Source: Lama guanicoe
Taxonomy: Eukaryota
Length of the DNA: 64,000 nt
NCBI GenBank assembly: GCA_013239625.1
Contig: MU053216.1
Coordinates: forward strand, 248,001 to 312,000
Direction of reading: 5' to 3'
Part shown: in pieces, positions 61,701 through 64,000 of the stretch
Layout: the number at the start of each line of letters is the position of its first letter
Position numbering within the stretch: the stretch's first letter is position 1
Made by a program: the position numbers and the translations under genes
Notes under the pieces: model-generated
Databases searched by the model: none
What the model was told of the DNA's origin: nothing
What the model saw: only the letters and a program-made list of their open reading frames with translations

Positions 61701-63320
61701 CAGCGCCAAGCGGCTCACCTCTGCATCCAGACCCCGGCCCCAGGGCTGCGGGCCCTCCGCGGCCTCCTGCTTCTGGGCGCTGCTCTCAAGGCCCCCGGGG
61801 ACCATGGGCTTCGGGCCAGGCGGCTCGGGAGCCTGACGCTCTGCCCGCGACTGGCTGAACGTCCTCTCTGCCTCCTGGAGATCAGTGAGGGTCACACCCT
61901 GGGAAAGTGTCACAAGGTCAGGAGTTTCACTCCGGGAAGAACTCGATGAATGAGCAAGAGTTACTCGAAAAGATCTGACAGCAGCAAATTCCAATAAAGC
62001 CCCCCAAACACACAGGGCCATTCGGTGTTCCTGCCTGGCCCCTGCTGCACCGAAGGCCATGGGACTTCACCTCTCCACGGCAGCGGCGGGCTTCTCAGCC
62101 CTCCGTGTGCGTCCGGGCCCTCCTCACCCCTCCCTGCCTCCCTCCTCAACAGCTTCTCCTGCAGCTCACCCTCCTCCGTTCCCCACCACCATCCAGCAGC
62201 CTGCCCCCCACCCCCCAACGACACACGGAACACACCCCCTCTGACCACGCCCATCTGTTCTCTGCCTGTGACTTTTACAAAGTGTATCGGATGACTTCTT
62301 ACTTCAGAGCCTCCCATGGGGATCATTTCTTTTTCTAGTAGCATTATTGAAATATAACCCACGTATCATAAACCCCACACTTTGAAAGTGTACAATGCGC
62401 TGTATTTTAGTGTCTTCACAGCCCCACCTCACCTCAGGACATTTCATCTCCCCAGAGAGAGACCACACACCCTCGCGCAGCCAGTCCCCACCTCCAGCCT
62501 CGCAAACCCTAATCCACCCGCTGTCTCCGGGCGTTTTCATACAAACGGAGCAGCCAGGTCTCTGCCACTCAGCGGCTTGTCCTCACTGCAGCGCTGGCGT
62601 GTGTGGGACTCCCGTCTTACTGCAAAACAGTAACTGCCGGTGGACATGGGACGTTTTGTTTGTCCATTCATTAATCAGTGGAAGTTTGTGGGGTTTTCTG
62701 TTAACTGCTTAATTTATTTGCTCTGCTCCACGGCCTGGCCTGGCCCTCCACCAGCCCCACGATGCCCACCTCGCTGCTCCAGCAAGCCTGCAAACTCCAC
62801 ACCTAAGTTTGGTCTACACAGCAAGTCAACGCTGGCAAGAGATGACACTCAGTTTGTGAATAATACTGTTATAAACATCTGTGTGCGTGTCTTTGTACAG
62901 ACGTGTGCTTCTCTGACTTGAGTAGGGTCACACGGCAACTCTACGTTTAACATTCTGAGTTACTGCCAGACGGGTCTCCTTCAGGAATTCTTAGGGTTGG
63001 CCCCTTAAGCACAAGTGGAATGATGAGTCTTAGGGAGGAAAGGCAGTAAGCCTTCTCCGAGCCAGGAGGAGCAGAAGTGAGAGTTCACCTGGCTCTGTGT
63101 GGCGTGCAGCGTCTGCCAGCGCGGCCGAGAGCTGCACTGCAGCGGCCGGACTGGGGCACTCGTTTCATCGTTTTCTAATCGGATCCAGTGGCACACAGAC
63201 AAGTGGCCTTCAAGCAGGGCCACGCTCACCTGAGTAGACCTCCGTGTCTGCCGCGCCTGTCGGGAGCGTGCTTTCCGCAAGGACTCGGCTTCTTCATCCC
63301 TTACAGGAGTCAGGTACGAC
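16707..63320 (-). CDS. PPP1R12B: Myosin phosphatase target subunit 2, 3' part: complement(join(16707..16793,24185..24235,25265..25318,27288..27392,28199..28343,31259..31275,59077..59118,60093..60205,60287..60476,61719..61898,63230..63320)); 5' exons lie beyond the window end
   Basis: Phase-consistent GT-AG exons give [41 protein letters not shown]...[10 protein letters not shown]...HERLSRLESGG...[11 protein letters not shown]...[45 protein letters not shown], the MYPT2 C-terminal half. Confidence 0.97.
19195..19365 (+). mobile_element. MIR
   Basis: gtgacctcgggcaagttacttaatctatgactcagtttttc is the MIR core. Confidence 0.75.
20436..20570 (-). CDS. PPP1R12B: PPP1R12B alternative cassette exon giving the alternative C-terminus (B-type isoforms); exon probably ends at 20392
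   Basis: Long pyrimidine tract then cag|AACCTCCATCAG; encodes [44 protein letters not shown]; candidate donor CAG|gttcac at 20392. Confidence 0.9.
   Translation of the reverse strand, partial: NLHQLKQIQTLKQMNEQLQAENRALTRVVARLSESVECSEPQGL
24185..24235 (-). CDS. PPP1R12B: PPP1R12B exon ([17 protein letters not shown])
   Basis: aacag|GAGAGG...ATGAAG|gtaggg, 51 nt. Confidence 0.95.
25265..25318 (-). CDS. PPP1R12B: PPP1R12B exon ([18 protein letters not shown])
   Basis: accag|CAAAAACAG...AAGCGG|gtatgc, 54 nt. Confidence 0.93.
27288..27392 (-). CDS. PPP1R12B: PPP1R12B coiled-coil exon ([35 protein letters not shown])
   Basis: cccag|CTCTAC...GCCCAG|gtgagg, 105 nt. Confidence 0.95.
28199..28343 (-). 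CDS. PPP1R12B: PPP1R12B exon (LESGGSN...[14 protein letters not shown]...RDYRK)
   Basis: cacag|GTTGGAA...AGGAAG|gtcagg, 145 nt. Confidence 0.95.
29195..30340 (-). mobile_element. Ancient L1 (L1ME-like) 3' region
   Basis: AT-rich block with L1M-type phrases (ctactataaataatgctac, tatttccccaggataaat-like, cagagattttaaattttatataatt). Boundaries approximate. Confidence 0.6.
30793..30868. repeat. 20-bp minisatellite, ~3.8 copies
   Basis: cactgccaggaacggggagt variants at period 20. Confidence 0.9.
31259..31275 (-). CDS. PPP1R12B: PPP1R12B 17-nt micro-exon (HERLS-R)
   Basis: tttctccag|CATGAGAGGCTCTCTAG|gtaaga; restores the frame between flanking exons (17+145=162 nt); branch-point-like GCTAAC at 31322-31327. 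Confidence 0.93.
39100..39780 (+). mobile_element. Degenerate L2 3' fragment
   Basis: Ends tttccccaatgagactatcagtcgttgcaggcagggactgtgtcc...gtaggtggctttgataaac, like the L2 3' terminus. Left boundary uncertain. Confidence 0.45.
41700..41709. promoter_or_regulatory. Consensus CArG box (SRF)
   Basis: CCTTATATGG, 2.2 kb into the first intron of the smM20 transcript. Motif match only. Confidence 0.5.
43724..43832. repeat. 52-bp tandem duplication (~2.1 copies)
   Basis: ccaggcgcctcgacccgagccccacagcgcgccca[c/t]ggccctgcccggcccc x2. Confidence 0.92.
43881..43982 (-). CDS. PPP1R12B: Coding part of the internal alternative first exon for the small subunit smM20 (186 aa with the terminal LZ exon, 202 aa with the alternative exon)
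   Basis: gccATG TCC TCT CTG TAC...CTC CGA|gtaagc; encodes [34 protein letters not shown], recognised as the M20 N-terminus; phase 0 fits the micro-exon. Confidence 0.9.
44395..44535 (-). promoter_or_regulatory. Candidate smM20 internal promoter
   Basis: About 0.4-0.55 kb upstream of the ATG: one-mismatch CArG (CCTTATTTGT on -, 44404-44413), GC box ccccgcccc (~44509-44517), M-CAT/TEAD ACATTCCA (44524-44531). TSS not determinable. Confidence 0.45.
51030..51190. mobile_element. MER58-like hAT-Charlie DNA transposon relic
   Basis: gtgaataaagttttactggaaca...gagctgagtagtggtga...gtggccc...aagtctgccgagtcctg follows the MER58 consensus as recalled. Confidence 0.7.
51672..51796 (+). mobile_element. 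tRNA-derived SINE (camelid Vic-1-like)
   Basis: gggggagggtacagctcagggg (A box), gtcctgggttcggtccc (B box), (taaa)n tail, aaacctaattacc, C-run and A tail; imperfect aagaaaa..gtt target-site duplication. Confidence 0.85.
54084..54093. promoter_or_regulatory. Consensus CArG box (SRF); a second one at 53470-53479
   Basis: CCATATTAGG (the c-fos SRE core sequence) and CCTTAAAAGG. Motif match only. Confidence 0.45.
54850..55690 (+). mobile_element. Degenerate L2
   Basis: cctggccctcccagtcttctgcacctcagcaaatgaaaacgccaacctcgttccagctgcctcag resembles the L2 internal 3' consensus. Boundaries approximate. Confidence 0.6.
55833..55850 (+). promoter_or_regulatory. Strong CTCF motif
   Basis: GGCCAGCAGGGGGCGCCA matches the CTCF core consensus. 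Confidence 0.55.
57100..57228 (+). mobile_element. L1M 3' end fragment
   Basis: ggtggtcacaccagtgtgtacgactgtcagaactcatcaaacggtgcacataaggtctgtgca...ctcaactgaaaaaaa. Confidence 0.65.
57440..57474. repeat. 11-bp tandem repeat x3
   Basis: (agcctggtccc)3. Confidence 0.85.
59077..59118 (-). CDS. PPP1R12B: PPP1R12B exon ([14 protein letters not shown])
   Basis: ctccag|GAGGAC...ATGTGG|gtaagt, 42 nt. Confidence 0.93.
60093..60205 (-). CDS. PPP1R12B: PPP1R12B exon (EGEEAELD...[21 protein letters not shown])
   Basis: gccag|AGGGTGAG...CAGGAT|gtaagt, 113 nt; follows an 81-nt intron. Confidence 0.94.
60287..60476 (-). CDS. PPP1R12B: PPP1R12B exon ([20 protein letters not shown]...AKERDRN)
   Basis: ttccag|CCTGTC...AGAAATG|gtaagg, 190 nt. 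Confidence 0.93.
61526..61628 (+). mobile_element. L1M 3' end fragment
   Basis: gtatactcaaaactaacacaatgttatatg...caataaaacagggaaaaa. Confidence 0.7.
61719..61898 (-). CDS. PPP1R12B: PPP1R12B exon ([15 protein letters not shown]...PWGRGLDAE)
   Basis: tcccag|GGTGTG...GCAGAG|gtgagc, 180 nt. Confidence 0.95.
62325..62990 (-). mobile_element. L1MB-like 3' region
   Basis: ttattgaaatataacccacgtatcataaa...tttgaaagtgtacaat, gtttgtccattcatt, gtgaataatactgttataaacat, ctacgtttaacattctgag. Confidence 0.75.
63230..63320 (-). CDS. PPP1R12B: PPP1R12B exon with the inhibitory phosphosite motif RRST
   Basis: ctgcag|GTCGTAC...ACTCAG|gtgagc, 91 nt; encodes [30 protein letters not shown]. Confidence 0.96.
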
Positions 63321-63769
63321 CTGCAGGGACAGAGAAGGGGAAGCAGGAGTGGGACTGCTGCACGTGCCTGAGGGCCGAGAGGTGACTCGCGCTCGAGGAT
63401 GAAGCGGGCAGTCAACCTGACCGGGGCTGCAGTGAGGGTCACAGAATCCACGGCGCACTCTGTAACCTGTCACGCAGCATCACATCACTTCCACCTGTGA
63501 AGTGAGAACTTCCTTTCCCCCGTCCCATCCTCGCGCTTTTTCTTTCCTTGTCTTACTGCTCTGGCCAGGGCCTCGGACGTGTGGAAAGGGACTGAGGACG
63601 GCAGGCTTCCCGGCTCCGCTCCTGCCCGCAGAGCGCGTGGTCGGCACATCATCCCCGGGCAGCCCCCCTGCTCGAGGACCCTGCAGACCCTGCTCCTCAA
63701 ACTGAAGCAACTCCTTCCCATCCCTAAGAAAGTGGACTGAGGCGCTGCTGTTACCGGTCTGGTTTCAAA

Positions 63770-64000
63770 TCGTTAGTGTGTGACCTTTATCACATGCTTT
63801 CCTTCCACATATACTGAGACGGGTCATTCCCTTCTTTCTTCCGTTAATGTGATGAATCACACTGAACCACCTGTGAATGATAAAACAGCACTGAATTCTT
63901 GGGATAAGCTCAGCCTGGCCATGATGTATCACCTTTTCACACAGGCTTGCTTTTCACAGAGGTTCAGTATGATTCACGTTATCATTTCTCAATCCGTGCT
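63770..64000 (-). mobile_element. L1 ORF2 fragment
   Basis: ccgttaatgtgatgaatcacactga...gaattcttgggataagctcagcctggccatgatgtat resembles antisense L1 ORF2. Confidence 0.65.

Overview
GC-rich mammalian genomic DNA, probably a camelid (inferred from one tRNA-derived SINE), covering the convergent SYT2 / PPP1R12B locus. On the + strand are all 8 coding exons of synaptotagmin-2 (1364-5513, 416 aa; the non-coding first exon is upstream of the window), with a ~4.8 kb 3'UTR. On the - strand is the 3' half of PPP1R12B (MYPT2): 10 internal coding exons including a 17-nt micro-exon, two alternative C-terminal exons, an internal first exon for the small smM20 subunit inside a 27.8 kb intron, and a long 3'UTR ending tail-to-tail with SYT2. 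The rest is intron/UTR with old, GC-shifted L1/L2/MIR/MER remnants, short tandem repeats and one 305-N gap. Almost all long ORFs in the track are GC-content artefacts. I see no wholly new biological system. The best leads are the heavily rewritten botulinum-toxin-binding segment of SYT2, the loss/relocation of the heart M21 start codon, the duplicated leucine-zipper exon pair, and RBFOX/CArG/CTCF regulatory motifs. Comparisons to human/rodent proteins and repeat consensuses are from memory and need database confirmation.
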